Below are positions 32,591-32,795 of a stretch of 32,795 nucleotides of DNA, in pieces; positions within the stretch are counted from its first letter, which is position 1; the number at the start of each line of letters is the position of its first letter. Location: the IMG/VR virus record IMGVR_UViG_3300032213_000678, positions 1 through 32,795 of that record, one strand, 5' to 3'. The notes beneath the pieces are model-generated. The model saw only the letters and a program-made list of their open reading frames with translations, was not told the origin of the DNA and did no database searches. Made by a program: the position numbers and the translations under genes. Source of the DNA: a virus. Taxonomy: Duplodnaviria > Caudoviricetes.

Positions 32591-32795
32591 ATAACATTTT
32601 CCCGGAACCTTCTAATCATATGTCTACGTTTACGTGCTGCAATCTGTAGAAGTTTTAGCTCTGCAATTCTAGCTGCTTCCTGTTGTTTGTTGATTTGTTC
32701 AACAGTCTTTTCATACTTATTCCACAATGCACCAAGCTCTTTAGGCGCTCTAAACACCATCGTCTCGCGCAACTCTGCCATCATTGAATCTAATC
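32497..32795 (-). CDS. 3' part of the junction-spanning 227-aa protein (C-terminal TM)
   Basis: In-frame continuation of 1-508; ends with a basic patch and the TM VIWFGAVLFVTLWLISVLILI. Confidence 0.8.
   Translation of the reverse strand, partial: LDSMMAELRETMVFRAPKELGALWNKYEKTVEQINKQQEAARIAELKLLQIAARKRRHMIRRFRENVIWFGAVLFVTLWLISVLILIKTSKTASLGYY
32673..32795. repeat. 123-bp direct terminal repeat, identical to 1-123
   Basis: Exact match. Confidence 0.97.

Noticed and set aside
32673-32795. 123-bp terminal repeat as a biological T7-style DTR
   Set aside because: It falls in the middle of a continuous lysis-cassette ORF and has a k-mer-like length, so it is most likely a circular-assembly overlap
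1-32795. tRNA, rRNA, CRISPR array, introns/inteins, stop-codon recoding
   Set aside because: No cloverleaf or repeat-spacer pattern was seen, and the core genes are intact and densely packed under the standard code

Overview
The window is a complete, circularly assembled ~32.7-kb tailed-phage genome: bases 1-123 are identical to 32673-32795, giving a 32,672-bp unit. It has a podovirus-type virion module like those of T7, BPP-1 and HTVC010P (terminase, portal, scaffold, capsid, tail adaptor and nozzle, four internal/ejection proteins, tail fibres). No RNA polymerase, DNA polymerase, primase or helicase is recognisable. The early region is divergent around a ribbon-helix-helix regulator: rightward are a small serine recombinase, a YqaJ exonuclease and a Sak annealase; leftward are an Hjc-like nuclease, Zn-finger proteins and an HTH replication protein. 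A long lysis cassette (GH19 endolysin, holin candidates, nested Rz/Rz1 spanins, extra exported peptides) spans the assembly junction and implies a Gram-negative host. The most striking candidate new system is an internal virion protein (7505-9523) carrying an HhH-GPD DNA-glycosylase-like domain, with a small acidic gene overprinted in its 3' end (7543-7731), which may be a virion-delivered DNA-attacking effector plus its inhibitor. Other points of note are an ATT-initiated gene crossing the junction, GATATC-centred sites at several control regions, three candidate structured RNAs and a G-tract element. All family assignments come from motifs recognised by eye and need HMM or structure confirmation.
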